A stretch of DNA of 64,000 nt from Podarcis muralis (GCF_964188315.1 NC_135657.1:78182001-78246000), one strand, 5' to 3'; positions 44,471 through 59,762 are shown, counted from the stretch's first letter. The notes: a model not told the origin generated them from the letters alone. A program made the numbers and translations.

Positions 44471-46499
44471 TGTGCTTTATTATGTGCATATAGATCTCCC
44501 TTGCTGGCTGGGTTGAGAAAAGAAAATTCATTGTGCTTCCCTGGATGTCTTTCTCTCCAAATTTGCTTTTACCTTGTTCCACTATAACCTGACTGAGAGG
44601 CAGGATGGAGAGCAGCTGATAAGCTTCCATCTTGGACATAAGTCATTTTTTTTTCCTTATGAAGAAGTGCATTGCAGATGGGGGGGGGGGGGAGATGAAG
44701 CCCTTCGTTACTTATATTATTTGTACTGTATTAAACTGGTGGGTGGAGGGGCAAAATAGCCAAAGAACCATCAGGAAGGGGTTTGTTTTCAAGATAGATA
44801 TATTCCTTAATCCTTCACTGCAGTACTCTCAACTGTAATGCAAAACTCATCTCTCATTAAATCTCTTGGTGCTAAAGAAGGTGACCCAAACTCCCGTTCC
44901 ATCCATTTGCATCTTGCTCTGGCAGCCACCGACTCGTTAATTTTTAATATGAAATATTTGATGGTACACGGAGCAGCTGAACCTTGCGTAATGTATTGTT
45001 GCTTTCACCCCGCATCTCTGAGCTATGAGAAGTTCCACTTTGTGACATCAGAACTGCATTACAGAAAGATATCTTCATATAAGACATTACAGATCTTTCC
45101 CATCTCTTGCGTTGCTGCAGTGCAAGCCATTTTTTCCTTGCCATCCGAAGGCACAGGCCCACAAAATCTCTGCTGTTATAATCTTTGCAAATTTACATTC
45201 TAGTGAATCTTAGATGTGACCAAACCACCTACTGTGGGAAAGCTGTTGGACTGATTCCTAAAAATCAATAGGTAGTCCAAAAAAGCACAAGCTCCCATCT
45301 ACAAACAGTGTAATGTCCTGGGCAGACTTTTTATCCAGGGTTTTCATGAAGCTCCAAAGCTTTCTTTTGCACAAAGCCTTTCAAGGCACTGCTGCAGGAA
45401 GATCTAAGGGACATCCTTCCAATCATATTGTCCCTCAAGGGCAAATGGTTTCCTTTTCTTTCTTCTGTTACCCTGACCAGTCAAATCCATTCCTTGGAAC
45501 TAACTATCCATCTGTCCAGTGGAACATTGTTCAAAACAAGCTGTCCTAGTCCATTCAAGTTGGCAGCAAGAAATTTCTATCCCTCTGCCTACCTTCCCAG
45601 TCCAAAATTAAGGCACCTCTCATCCCCCAGTTTCTTTAGCACTTTGAAACGCATAGGTTTCTGGCTTGCTCCCACTGCCAGAATTTGCCTCTGGAGTGCA
45701 GGAACTGCAGTCATCTGAAACTGCTGGAACCAGAATGTGTTGCTTCTCATTCCTCCATTCTGACTCAGTCACTTCAGCTCACAGTTCTTTTCTGTGTAAA
45801 CACAATCCCACTCTCACACCAGCGTTATTCTCACCCCGCTTCTCAAATGGTGAGGGGTGCAGGACTTACCCAAGTCTGGTTTTCTTTGGAAGAAAAGTCA
45901 CTGGAGGCGTATTGACATTTTATCATATTTTCTTTTGTTTACAATTATACAGGTTGAGCACAGGAGGAGGCACAGTTTAAACACCCCAACAGATAACCAA
46001 AGTCCCACGTCAGATCTCCAGGAAGACAGCTAGGATCCTAAGAGGAACCCAAACTCGGCTCTCTGTCCCTTCCTCTGTGTATATAAAGCACCTACACCTA
46101 CACAAAGGATCTTGGGAACAGTAGTTTGTTAAGGGTGTTGGGAATTCTAGCTGGATAAACTGAAGTTCCAATTATTTCTTTGTAGGGGTATTTTAAGTGT
46201 ATAGAGTGTATTCATGCCAACTGCAACATCCGCAGTGGGGGTTGAGGGGAGGTGAAATCTGCTTCCCTCCCCTTTCAAGTATTCAGAAGACTTAAGAGAA
46301 TTGGTCTAACAATTATTTCCATGGGAACACAACAACACTGGAATATTAACATCCTTCTATCCCTTCCAAGGCTCCATCCAGGTGTTGACTCGGGACAACA
46401 CACAGTGATAGGTCTGCTAGCCAAAATCTGATAGGGAACCAAGTAACAGTTTGTTCAAGGAAGCCCTCCAAAGTTGGAGTCAGCCAAAAGCCCTTCTGG

Positions 46500-46790
46500 A
46501 TCACCCCCAAAGCCCATCTAGCCCTGCACTCTGTCCTCACAGTGGTCATGCAAATGCCTATGGGATTTCCACAAGTAAGGTGTGAGAGCAACATCACATT
46601 CCCCAGTTGTGGTTCCCAGGAACTTGCATACCCTGGGAGGCATACCACGTCCAATACCAGAAGTGGTACATAGGCACCAGTGTTAGCAGCCATTGAATAG
46701 TCTTATCCTCCATGAATGTGTCTTAAACCCTTTTATTGCCATCCAAGTTTGGGGTCATTGCTACATACTGTGGTCATACGTTCTAGTCCC
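46500..46790 (-). mobile_element. CR1 LINE 3' region, decayed
   Basis: agccattgaatagtcttatcctccatgaat...ccatccaagtt matches the antisense CR1 3' end. Confidence 0.65.
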
Positions 46791-47894
46791 TGAGATACTT
46801 TGACAGATGCTTTCTATTCCCCCCCCCCTTTGTCTCTTGCTCTCTTCATCTTTCTTCTTTGAGCAGCTGTGCCGAGTTTCTCCTTTCATCTAATGTTATG
46901 AATCAACAGATCAGCAATTGAATTTCATCCCCTTTCTTATGTAAAGAGAAGATGCAGTTTTGCGTTGTTGTTTTTAAAGTGCCCTCTTTGCTGCAGGCAT
47001 TTTCATTTATTTATTTTTAATGCTAAATATTTTAAAATGCAGCTTGGAAGTATCTCCTCTTGTATGCCCGTTCACGGCTCCTGCATGGCTAAGTGGGCAT
47101 CTGAACCCACATTCCTCTGGTACTATACAGGTCCAACATACTCTGTGCTACACAATACGCAGACGCATTTAAAGAAAGCGATTCAATCACATGCATAATC
47201 AATGCACATATATTGCAGGCCTTCCTATATATGGAAAGGTGGGCTATACTATAAACAAACCAACTCACAGATAATGTCCATCTTTGCAGAGCCCCAGAGC
47301 TGCAGTAGCAGCTTTAGCAGCAAGAGAAATCACACCCAGAGTTAAACATGTGTTCCATGTAGTAAATACAGGCTTAGAAGACTTATCTCCTGGCTTAGGG
47401 CACATTTTTAGGAAGTACTGTAAATCTCTGTTTAAAATGATTCCCATGATGCAAGATTATGATTTGTTACCTGCGTACTTTGTCAGGGTAAACATACATT
47501 ATTGAGGTCATCATCTCACATAGCAGCTAAATGCACAATCAATAGGTTTATTGTAATAATACTCCTCTTTCTTCACTGGCGTGCCCTGCTGACAATTTTC
47601 ATAGTGTGTTTGCTTTCTTCTTGCTCAGGGCACTCTCCTGTCCTCAACAAACAGCCATCAATGCCTTATACATGTCCCATAGAGCTTGTGATGAAACAAA
47701 ATACTTTTATTAATCTCTTCACCACCACCCTCCCGCAAAGTGTGCTGGTTCCTACCTACAGTCTACCTCAGAGCTAAAGAAGTCAGATACAAGATGAACA
47801 GAAACAAGAGGAGCACATATTCTCTGTCTTGCATGTAAATTCTTTGGACTGCATCAAACACATGTTCAAACTATCCTCCCCCCCTTCTTTAGAC

Positions 47895-48217
47895 CAATGG
47901 TTCCCAAACTTTTTTGGCCATCTCCCCCTCGGTTCCATAAACACATCCTCTACCCTATCTTATAAAAAACATTACTGTATTCAGAATAGCAGTTTGCAGG
48001 ACACCATAAGGATAACACAATAAAATTCAGAACAGTCACAATTAATTGCACATTTATTCAAAACCCAATTAAAACTATTTATTAGTTTAACTAATTCAAC
48101 AAAATTGATGAAATGGATCCAGCGGCAACAGCTTTTTTACCTCCAGCACACCTTTGCTGCCACTTTGTCTCTTAGCACCCTGCTAGGTAATCCCACCGCT
48201 AACTTTGGGAACCACTG
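47895..48217. mobile_element. Degenerate hAT MITE
   Basis: CAATGGTTCCCAAA...TTTGGGAACCACTG TIRs; decayed nTCTAGAn-like TSD. Confidence 0.7.
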
Positions 48218-48478
48218 CTCTAGCAGCTCATTTAGTTACATCTTTATTAATAAGAATGGTAACAAAAACAACAAGATTCCAGAATGCAGACTTAGGACCA
48301 GGTTGAAATCTAATTATGGTTTGATTGTTTGAAAAGGGATCCAAACTATTTCAGGTCAGATTAGGAAATCTTTTTAAAGCCTGGTTAAAAAGTTACCAGG
48401 TTACTTGGGAAGATAGACTATAGCTTCCCAGCATCTGTATGCAATATGCATGTACTGTGAAAGATAAGTGTGCCCAAT

Positions 48479-48526
<48 letters not shown>

Positions 48527-48891
48527 AAGTGTGGGAAACCTTTAACCCTCCAGATGTTGCTGAGCTACAACTGTTGTTATCCTTGGGCCAAGCTTGCTGG
48601 GCAGATAGGATCTGCAGTTCAGCAACATCTGGAGGGTCAAAGGTTCCCTGCACCTGATCTAGAAAGAGGTTTCCTACTTTAAACATGTGGAAACCAGACA
48701 GATTTCCACATCCAGTGGAGGACTGCGATCACAGCAAGTGGCCCTAGTTCTTTGGTGTCCTTTCATTGAATGTCACAATTTTATCTGTGGACTCAGCTAT
48801 ACAGCTGCAAATAAAACATTGTGCAATGTACAATGTGACACTGGATGGCGATGGTGAGCCTAATGGAAAATTCAATGTATTTTTAAAAATA

Positions 48892-48942
48892 GTTTGTTTG
48901 TTTGTTTGTTTGTTTGTTTGTTTGTTTGTTTGTTTGTTTGTT
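48892..48942. repeat. (GTTT)n microsatellite
   Basis: Direct reading. Confidence 0.98.
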
Positions 48943-49162
48943 TTTAAGCATTTTCCGAACATTTTTTATATGTGTGTAGATTCCACCAGGGTCTACATTA
49001 ATCAAATGCAATGTGTATAGCCCAAATATTACGACCACCCTGCAACAAATGGTTTAGGAATGGCATGTGCAAGTTGGACTCCACACTTGTAAGCTCCCAT
49101 TAAAACATGACATCCAACACACATTGAAAGCGAAGTCTGCATGTATGAAGTGGCTCTGGGTC

Positions 49163-49345
49163 ATAGGAACATAGAGAGATGCCTTATTCTGCACTGAATC
49201 AGACCATTGGTCTATCTAGTTCACCACCGTTTAACACTGACTAACAGCAGCTCGCCAGGATTTTGGCAGGGATCGCTCAGCCCTAGCTGGAGATGCTCAG
49301 GGCTGAACCTGGGACTGCATGTTCTAACTCTGAGCTACAGCTGCT
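49163..49345 (-). mobile_element. tRNA-derived SINE (same family, diverged)
   Basis: cataggaacatag tail; reverse complement of the 996/44283 body. Confidence 0.7.
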
Positions 49346-51950
49346 CCCATATCCAGACCACAGCTAACTGAGAATTTGAACCCATGCACATACCGTAGTC
49401 TACAACAATCCAGGCTGATGGACCATTGTGGCCAAGTCATCATCTTATTTAACTTTTTGTAAACCATACTCATGAGGTTCATCTCTCATGAGGTACATCT
49501 AAAATGTTTTCCCCTGCCTCACTAACTTGCTCACTCTGTTTTCCTTAATCCAGCACAGCAATACTTCAATCTGCTCTGTGACGATATTATGGAATAAAGG
49601 GTGATTGTGAATGTATTTTGGGAAGAGTTCAGCAAATCAGGGCAGTGATTTCTTTATTGAAAAATGTGAACACTTTTAATCACATTAGCTGACATTACAG
49701 CAATTTATTTCTCTGCTCTCATAAAAGGAAGTAATGAAGCATGAAATTTCTTAAGGAAATTCTCAACATCAGCCTTCAAGTAATGTTCAACCACATGTGA
49801 ACATAGTGAGGCGGGGGGAGAGAACAGAATAACAGTTCAAGGAAAGTGTCTCTTGTCTTTTTTCAAGAAGAAGAAAGACCTTACTACGCCAGTATAATTT
49901 TGGGGGTAGGCTTCATTTTTAAAAAAATTGTATTAGCATTAAAGAAATTTTAGCAGATATACAAATTACAAGTTTTGAAAAAAGAAGGAAAAGGAAAGGA
50001 AATGGAGTAAAAAAGAAACAAAGAAGACTACAAAGATAATTATTTCATTTGGCTTTATTCATATACATTTATTCTTATTCATATATTATAGGAAAGAGTA
50101 CTATTTTCTTTAAAGAAATTATTGGATTGCCTTTTTCATCTGATCCTAAGGATATCTGTCAATTTCTTTGCTGAAAATGTGTTGTCTTTAATGACAAGTG
50201 GATAGTTAGATTTCCATTACTGAACCATTTTGATTTTATTTATTATTTATATACCACTTACTATCTAAATGATCTTGAAGTGGTTTCCAATAGGTAAATG
50301 CACACACAAACATACACATGCACAGTACGAACAAAGTACCATGACAAGATACATAAAAAGTAGCCATGTACATAAACCTAATATAGAATAGATAAAACCA
50401 GAAAGTATTGCAAAGGAGTATAATATAACATTTTGACAGATATGAACTCCAGATCCTTCCATAATTCTTCATTCATTTATTTATTTAAAAAAAGAAACAC
50501 CACATATGTTTGATAAACAACTGCCAGTTAAATGAACTGGCAAAATTTCTTTTGCATTTTAAGTAAATCATATTGGGGGAAAATGTTTTTTGTGTTTTTT
50601 TAATCATATAATGTGTCTTAGTTTCCAGCAAATTTCTTCCCTAGATTTGCACACCCAGCTTTTGAACAGGAGGGGAGTGTGTGGCTTTCTAGTTATTGTG
50701 GGCCTCTCCCATCAGACCTAGCCAGCATGGGCAAGGATCCGTGATTATGGGAGTTGTAGTCCAAAAACAAAGTTAGATGGCCACAGGTCCCTCACCTCCA
50801 TCTTCAAACAATTGTATTACTACTGAAATTTCTACTTTCTGCAGGAACTTAATCCAAATCAAAACCTGCAACAAGATCTAATCAACATACATACAGACTG
50901 TTTTCATTGTGTCCAAAGACACACATTTAGTATTTGATTGCAGTTTCAAATTAGCATTCGTAACTGTTGCCTGACACACTGGTTCCATCTATATGGCACT
51001 GTGGCAGCATCTATAACTACCTTTGTCACGATGAATAAATCCTCTCTGCAGCTTTGTTGACAAATAAGCTATTAAAGGATTAGTCATCATCAACACTGAG
51101 TGGCACTGCGAGTGCTGGGACAATATACAGAGCTGACATCTTCACTGCCTTGCACTTTATGCTGTGATTTATACACAACCCATTGGATTGTCTTGCTTGA
51201 CTCACTGAAAGATATAAACTGAAAAGCAGAGAAATCGCTTTTTCAAATGTAGCTTTTCATTGGAGGCTGAATCCTGATCCACCCGCCCACCCACTCAAAC
51301 CCTCCAATCCAACCCACTTAGTTCATCCCTGAGTACATTTAATTAATAGAGTGGCCGCTTACACATTGCCAAAAGGGAGGAAATGCAGGACAAAAGATGT
51401 CGCTGATATGCATAACATGTGCACATGCTAATTTGCATGTACAGATGCACATTTATACATGAATACTGTTATTTTAATAGAAATATAGCGCATCTCACCA
51501 TAACCGAGGGATTGGCCAGGTTTGCTGCTCATTCTCCTTAACGATGTTAAGGAGAATATAAAACATCAGGAGGGGTGGTTTGGGGATCTTTATTTATGGA
51601 AACACCTGAATCCCTATCAGCAGAGATCTGATTTACCTGCAACAAGTTATGTACATATATCTATCTATAATAATACGGGGAGGGGGATTTTGAGCAGAGA
51701 AGTGTCAGGGAGTGAGACGAGGTGTTTCCTCCCATTCTTTCCTCCTACTGTGTCATCAATGCTGCAGAAATGCAAAGGCATATCGGCTGCCTTTCAGACT
51801 TCACAGACTTATTCCACATTCAGTATTAGCCACAACACCTTGTGCATGAACCTTACGGGATCCAGTCCAATGGTTTCACTGGGGTTAGAAATACAAAATC
51901 AGACCAGTGCTTTCTTTCATTACAAGAACATTATCCTTCTCTTCCAACAG

Positions 51951-52312
51951 TAAAGGTAAAAGGACCCCTGACCATTAAGTCCAGTTGTGGACGACTCTGG
52001 GGTTGCGGCACTCATCTCGCTTTACTGACCAAGGGAGCCGGTGTTTGTCCGCAGACAGCTTCCGGGTCATGTGGCCAGCATGAATAAGCCGCTTCTGGCG
52101 AACCAGAGCAGCGCATGTAAATGCTGTTTACCTTCCCGCTGGAGCGGTATCTATCTTATCTACTTGCACTTTGACGTGCTTTTGAACTGCTAGGTTGGCA
52201 GGAGCTGGGACAGAGCAATGGGAGCTCACCCCGTCGCAGGGATTCGAACCACTGACCTTCTGATCGGCAAGCCCTAGGTTCTGTGGTTTAGACCACAGCG
52301 CCACCCGCATCT
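51951..52312 (-). mobile_element. Sauria SINE, full length
   Basis: Same body and tail as 41587; 9-bp TSD CTCTTCCAA (51939-51947, 52311-52319). Confidence 0.92.
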
Positions 52313-54404
52313 CTTCCAATACCCTCAGATTAATTCTTTCTGGGTATTTTCTTCCCTCCAGCAGCTTTTTGATTTATTAGCATCTTTCCCCCCCTATACA
52401 GTATTTAGAATGATCCAAACCCTCCCTCCATTTCTTTGTCCTTTTCCCTGCTTGACGTTTCTGCCATAAAAACAAACAGTATTTTGAATCTAACAAAAGA
52501 CACGCATACTCACAGGCACACACACACACATGATATGAAACAGATGGCAGAAATAAGGTAGGTGATGATGTGTCACTATAACAATAGGCAGAGCACAATA
52601 TTCTATAAACATTGCAAACAATCTGCTTCCTCTCATGGAATGCATATGAAAAGCTTTGTTTAAAGAAAGAGTACACTGTACTAACTAACACTTACCAGTG
52701 TTGTCATTAAGACTCCAGCTGGTAGAATGCTTGGGTGAAAATGAGCGGCAATGCCTCATGTTCAATCCATTTTGAAGTTAGTTTTCAAGTTAGTATTTGG
52801 AAGGAAATGAGGGAAGTCAACAAGCCAGGGGGTGGGAAAGGATAGCAAGAAGTTGCTCATAATTGATTTAGGGTGCTTGGGAACTATTCCTTTCTTTGTG
52901 CTGGTGGGGGGGGGGGGGGTGAGATTCAATGGCACACCGCCAGATCCAGGTTGTGCAATTAAAGTGGATCTGGTGCTCTTCCAAAAAGAGAGAGAGAGAG
53001 AACATTTCTGACCACAGGAAAATGCGCTGCAAAATGTGGGGTAGCAATTGCTTAATGTGGTGTCTGGGAGCCTCCCCAAAAGCAAATAAATAAGGATGCA
53101 TACAATCACATTTCTACATGGGTGTCCAGAGGATTTTCTCCAGCGGGCGGAGTGACCAAAGTAAAACACTGAAAGGGAGGAACAAGCTAGTTTCTCAATA
53201 AGAAGGATAGTGACTGCATATCTTGCCTCATTTCTCAGGTTCAATAATTCTTATTTTAATGAAAGTTGGGATTCTGGGGATTCTGGTAAATCCAAGGGAG
53301 CAAAGCCTCCCCCCTCCCTTGTTCCCCTCCCATATAGCCTCCCCTCAAACCTCGTGCAAACAAATCAGGATGAATGCTCAATAAACAGATGGTACAAAAA
53401 AAGGAAATTAATTCCTACAAACTGTAGGCTTGATAAAAAATAATTGGGATCCAAAAATTATTACAAACTAACAAAGACATAAGGCATATAAAAATAAGTT
53501 TATGAAATCTAATAACAATTGCAAATGATATATCTCTATTAATATCCAAAGTGAGAGAGTGCAAACATAATCCACATATACTGGTATAATTTTATGAAAT
53601 GTAATCACTTACAAACAAGCAATGTATATCTATTAATATCCTAAGCAAGAGAATGCAAACACTAACAGTGTGTACTGATGTTTTGTCAGTATTCAATGTT
53701 TATGTTTGCAATCTCTTGCTCTGGATATTAATATACATACTGTTTGTTTGCAATTGTTAATAGATTCCACAAAATTATTTTTATATGCCATATGTATTTA
53801 TGTTCATTTGTAATAATTTTCTATCCTATTTTTTTTATCGTGCTCAATAAACAAATCCTCTCAAAGTGACCTTACACCCAGTAGCGAATGATTTCAAAAC
53901 TTACTAACCTGCAGCTAAACACCTCACTCAAGGTGGTGTGCTTTCCTTTAGGTTCTCCTGGAGGGAAAGTGCTGAATTTGGGGTTGCTGCTGCCATGAGA
54001 GCAAACCTGAATTATATTCCTGACACTGTGCTACCTGGACTCTATTGACAGGGAGTCCAAGAATCTTGCTGACAGCCCCCTGTCTCTCCTGAGTCCTGAC
54101 CTGTCCAGAAATTTATCATGAACAAAATTTGAACCTTAAACTGTGGCTAGGCTAGAGTAGACTGTTACCTTCCAGATTTGTTAGACTCCATCTCCTTTCA
54201 GCCCCACATAGCATGACTAATAGTCAGGGATGCTGGAGGGCCACAGGTTAATTTAAGAGTGTCCCACAGAGTCCACATAATCTCATCCAATAATCAAAAT
54301 AATAAGAGAGAGGCAAAGCCATCTAGTTTATCTTTCTTTTGCTGCTGAGTACAACAATTATGAGTACAACATAATATGAGTACAACAAATATGAGTACAA
54401 CATA

Positions 54405-54749
54405 GATGCGGGTAGCGCTGTGGGTAAAACCTCAGCGCCTAGGATTTGCCAATCGCATGGTCGGTGGTTCGAATCCCCGCGGCGGGGTGAGCTCCCATCG
54501 TTCAGTCCCAGCTCCTGCCCACCTAGCAGTTCGAAAGCACCCTTAAGTGCAAGTAGATAAATAGGTACCGCTTTATAGCGGGAAGGTAAACGGTTGGTGC
54601 TGGCTCACCTGAGCAGCTTCATCACGCTGGCCACGTGACCCGGAAGTGTCTTTGGACAGCGCTGGCTCCCGGCCTCTAGAGTGAGATGAGCGCACAACCC
54701 TAGAGTCTGTCAAGACTGGCCCGTATGGGCAGGGGTACCTTTACCTTTT
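54405..54749 (+). mobile_element. Sauria SINE, full length
   Basis: gatgcgggtagcgctg start, GGTTCGAATCC B box, tttacctttt tail; TSD ACAACAATTA (54351-54360, 54751-54760). Confidence 0.92.
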
Positions 54750-57700
54750 TACAACAATTACAACAAGTCTGTTTGATTCACTCAGATAGGTGCATCTTCA
54801 AGAAAGGTACATGTGCAGCTCTCTTGACTCATTTCTCTTGCTCATTATGCTATAAAACTGAGGAACTTGTCTTTACATGAATGCTTAGCATTAAACTTTC
54901 TCTCTTTTTCCTCCAACCCTCTGTTGCTGTCCTAATAATATTTTCACAGGATGCAACAAAAGAAATTATTTCAATAAAGTTTCTTTCTCCCTTCAGGAAC
55001 ATAGGAAACAACTTGTTATGTAGCCTCTTAAAGAGTGACACATCCCTCTGACATCCTCCCAAATTCAGAGCTAATCAAAGGCCCGCATCATTAAGAGTTT
55101 TGCTTCTTCTAGTCTTTTATAACTAGCTTAGTTCTTATCAGTTCTGGAAAGGTTGTTAACATCTGGTGCATCACAGAGTGATTCATAGTTTTCATTCAAT
55201 TACCTCTGTGTTTACTTAGAATAATTTGTGCAATGCTTGCCTTTTTATTATCTCTAACAAGGTTGGCCAAGCTAAACGGTATCTCCTTTCTGGGAAGAGA
55301 TATCTTGTTACTTCAATTTGGTGCTAAACTTCAGTATGTAATTTCACCTTTGAACATCTTCTATTAGGATACATATTAACAGTCTAGTCCTTTTCCTGAC
55401 ATCAAGGGGCCTGGATTTCCAAAGCTGCAGCAATAGAAGAAGAAGAGCTGCTACTAAACAGCTGGAAATATTTAGTCTCACACCTTCCATTTATTTGTGC
55501 TGAACTCAAATGAATGATCTACCTAAAGATGCATTATTCACCAAATGCACAAGAAACTGATGGCCCGTTTTTATACAATAAGCCCACAACTTACATGAGG
55601 GTTCAGCTCCCAGGAACTGTGTGCAAACCCTAAAATGCATGAAGCCAGGAAGTCCTGTAAGAAGCCATTAAAAGGCATAAAAAACCTAGCACTTCCAGCC
55701 ACGGATGGCTGCTTTTTAGCTTCCCACCAGTTGAAGAGGAAGTGACCTTGTATTTGGGGGCCATGCTCTCAGACTGAACCTCTGCTTGCTCTCAAACCAC
55801 TTTCCCCTTGCAAAAAGTGGTTGAGTTTACAGCTGTGACTCTTCCCACCATGTGTATTTAGATGAGAAGGACATATTTAAATAACTTGAGGAGCAATCCT
55901 AATTAACTTGCGGTTTGAAAAGCACTCTCACCCTACCCAACATTAGATATGACCAAGAGATGACCAATAGGTGCTCTCGCTCTCTTTGTAATTTAATGAT
56001 GCTCTTTGATTATCATAATGAACTGGAAGGCCATCTAAACCCTTCCACCACACACACACAGGAGTACTGCTGGAAACTGAAAAGTGGCCAAGTATCTTCC
56101 TTGTGTTAGGGAAATCAGTTCTCAATAGCTGGTCTTCTCAATGGCTAAATTTCTGAAGGGTGGGGGCACACATCTTCCTTCATCCCAGCTAAGGATGATG
56201 TGACCTTCTCTAAAGAGTCTCCCATACCAGTCCAAGAACATCTTCTACCCACGTGATGTTATTACCTACTGATGTTATTACAATGGTCATTCTTCTTTTT
56301 CCTATGTTTTATAAGGAAGTCTTCTATAACCCTAAATGCATTACTCAAAAGTAAACCACAGGGTTATGAAATCAGTGGCAACCGCTTCCAAGTACTCTTC
56401 AGATCCACTGGTCCTAATTCTGTTTGCCTTTAGGTATCATCAGTCCAAAAGCAGCTCCTTCCCCCACCCCTCTCCCAAGTGGTATGGTACAGGCAGCTTT
56501 TTAGGTCCAAGCACAGAAAAGTAAAGACAATTAGTCTCTGTTGTCCGGCAGTGGACTTCATTCCATTTAATTTGGAGCTGCAGAGGAATCACCTGATGTC
56601 CCATGCACTTTCGTGGTTTGATATATTTATATGGATGATATGGATCCTAGAAAAGGTTCTGAATTACTAGTATTTCCCTGACAAATTAAAGGCAAGATGG
56701 GATGGGTAATGTAGGTGAAAGGAGCATGTAGTAACAAAGGCTGCATTGCTGTGCTGCTGCTTTGATGTAGCTCATCTTTGCCCTAAAGGGATTTCTTTCT
56801 TTCTTTCCTTTTTTTTTTTTCATCCTATGGTGAGCCAGCAATGAAAACAGTGCTCAGAAATCAAGCCTTTTAGGGAAGGATATCTTGACTTCCATAATAT
56901 AATGGATGAGTGTGACTGGAGTGCATTTCTATGGTTAGATAGTATCACTTTGAACATTGATCTTTAAAGATTAAATTAAAAGATATTGGCCTTCTTTGAC
57001 AAAATATTCCATTCAACTATCCTACCTGCCCATGTGCTATGTTGACCGTTTTGGAGGGTATGTTTTCCTTCACAATAAAGTCTTTCTTTTCTTTTCTTTT
57101 CTTTTCCTATCAGGCTGAATAGAATGTCAAAACCTAGCTCTGCAAAGAGTGCAGTGGGCCGCTCAGAACTATATTTAGAACAATGCTGCATCAGATTTAC
57201 ACACACATACACACATATACACAGTTGGGAGTGGGATGTACTTTACAGACTTTGGAGGCAAATAGCATTTTGCTGCATAATGATGATATGCTAACTGTTC
57301 TTTGTAATCAGGTGTTTTTGTTTTTTTTTAAATGCCACAGAGCAAATACCCAACACACATTTCACATTTTCAACTAAGGATGTTGTGTCCCTTAAAACTG
57401 ATTTTGCAAAGGAAGGAAGGAAGGAAGACATGCATTTGAAATATTTTGTATTTAATAAGTCCATTACTCAATGGGGCATTGTAATGTAGCAGACAGTCTC
57501 TTTGCCTATGTTGACTGTAAAAAGTAAAATTAAGAGACCTTCGGGAAATACAAAATCCAACTTTAAATGTGATGAAAAATTACATCAGAGAAATTGTGGG
57601 TTTTTTAGGATTGTTTCCCACATCAAACTTTCCCCCAGTTATATTTTCCCCATCTTATTTGTGGCATTTGCGCCACAAGAAAATTGGTTGGGACTCCAAG

Positions 57701-58109
57701 AGCTGCTTCACTTTATGCAATGAGTTAGCACTAGCTCAGTAGAATTTTTGGCTTACAAATAAGCCAAATAGTGATGTTGATGACAATGTTGTTGTTGTTG
57801 ATGATGATGATGATGCAGCTATCCTACAAGCTATATCATATATATATTTCATCCCCTAAATTTCAAAAGTGGTTTATGAAGAGACTGCTGCTGCTGATCC
57901 ACAGAGGAGAAGGGCATTTCTAGGTTTATAGAAAATGTTTTTCAGATTCTGGTCATTTAATTACAAATTCTGACCCTGCTGGTAGATGCAGTCCACTGCC
58001 ACCCAGCTTTATACATTTTAGATCTTTATTTGCCTAGATGAGAAAGATTCTAGAGTCTAGACCACTTACTAATAAACAGAAGGAACAGTTTACATATAGG
58101 ATAAACACA

Positions 58110-58305
58110 TAAGCATAGGGACAGAGGAAGCTGCCTAGTAACAAATCAGAAGGTGGATTCATCTAGCTCAGTGTTGCCTGCTGACTGGCACAGCTCTTCA
58201 GAATATCAGACAGGAATCTTTCCCAACTTTAACAGGAGATGCCAAGGTTTAAACCTAGGAATTTTGCATTCAAAGTGTGTGCACTATCACTTAGTTACAT
58301 GGTAG
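58110..58305 (-). mobile_element. tRNA-derived SINE (same family, diverged)
   Basis: ggaagctgcct...catctagctcagtgttg...ggagatgccaagg. Confidence 0.65.
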
Positions 58306-59762
58306 GAAATAGGTTGTCAATAGAGGCAGCTGACACCTTTAACCCGAACTTCTGCATTTGCAATCTGTTTTGCATGGTAAAGAATTAAAGAACAGAATAA
58401 GCAAGCTTCCAATTTATATTCTCTGGTTTAAATTCTTCCTTGCAGACAAATGATTTGCACAGGTTGCAGAGTTGTAAAATGTGCTTTATATGTATTTTAG
58501 GAACACTGTAGGGCAGGTATGAGCAGACATCTGGCTTGTCAGATCGACTTCTTTTGCTCTTGGAACCCCAAGAGCTACCAATCAGTGCCAGATGCAAAAG
58601 ATATATAGTTATAATTAAATAATAGGGTGTTTCTGAGCACATTCTGAGCCTAGGAATTTGTTTACAGAGCCTGAGCTGAGCTGAGCTTGCAGCCCTTCCA
58701 CTTAATTTCAGCAGCCTTAATTTCTTAATTTCAGCAGCCTAATTCAGATGAAAATATTGTAAGTTGCTTTGTTGTTGCTATTATTAAAGAATTGAGAGCC
58801 AGAAATACTTGCTGATCAGCTGCAAATTACCCAGAGATCGTTTAGTAGAGCCAAATCTACCATCTACCCACCCCTGCTGTAGGATACCATGTGTGCTAAT
58901 TACCATATCAATTAAAATAAGTCAAAAACAAAATTCCATCAAGTTATACCTCTTAAGTGATATGTCAGCTATGCATATGTTATTATTTATGAAACTCATT
59001 TCCAATAAATGATTCCGGATAGCACTCATTTACTTTAATGACTATCACACATTTAAAGAAGCTGTATAAGGCTGCAATCCTATACCCACTTAGCTGGTAG
59101 GAAGCCCCACTGAACTCAGTGGGACTTATTTCTGAGTAGATATGGCTTGGCTCATGCTATAAGGTAGAGCAGTCCAGCTTTTCATGTCAAGATTATTTTG
59201 ACATGAAACCTGTGAGCTACAAACTACCTTGTCGCACGGGGATGGGAAATAATGATTCTCCCTCCCCCCAGCCCTCATGATGCCTTCCCAAAACCAGCTA
59301 AGCAAGACACTGAGCTTTGAAAAGGAGGCATGAGGCTCTGGCATGATCCTAGAGTCCTCCCACCTGCTTCTCAAAGCTGGAAAAGTGATAACTGGGCTTT
59401 GGGAAGGCAATGTGAAGACTGGGGTGGGGCGTCAAATGTTGCCAAGGGCCACCAAAAAGGCATTGAGGGCTGCATGTGGCCCTTGGGCCAAGCATTGGAC
59501 CACCCTGCTGTAAAATATTAGTAACTACCCAAGTATCAATCACAAAGGGACTTTCCAGACTTTTATTGCCTGTGTGTCTCAGCATTTCAGTACTATTAAC
59601 TATGGTCATAATCACACCATGCGGTACTTTTAAAGCACTTGGATACAGTTCACAAATGATAACATTTATTTATTTATATATATGAAACAACGTGAAAGTA
59701 GTAGTTATACGCAATCAATTTCAATTAATATATTTTATCATATATATATATATATATATATA

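Noticed and set aside
54350-54404. Short direct repeats superficially like a CRISPR array
   Set aside because: No unique spacers or cas genes, eukaryotic context; explained as a SINE junction duplication
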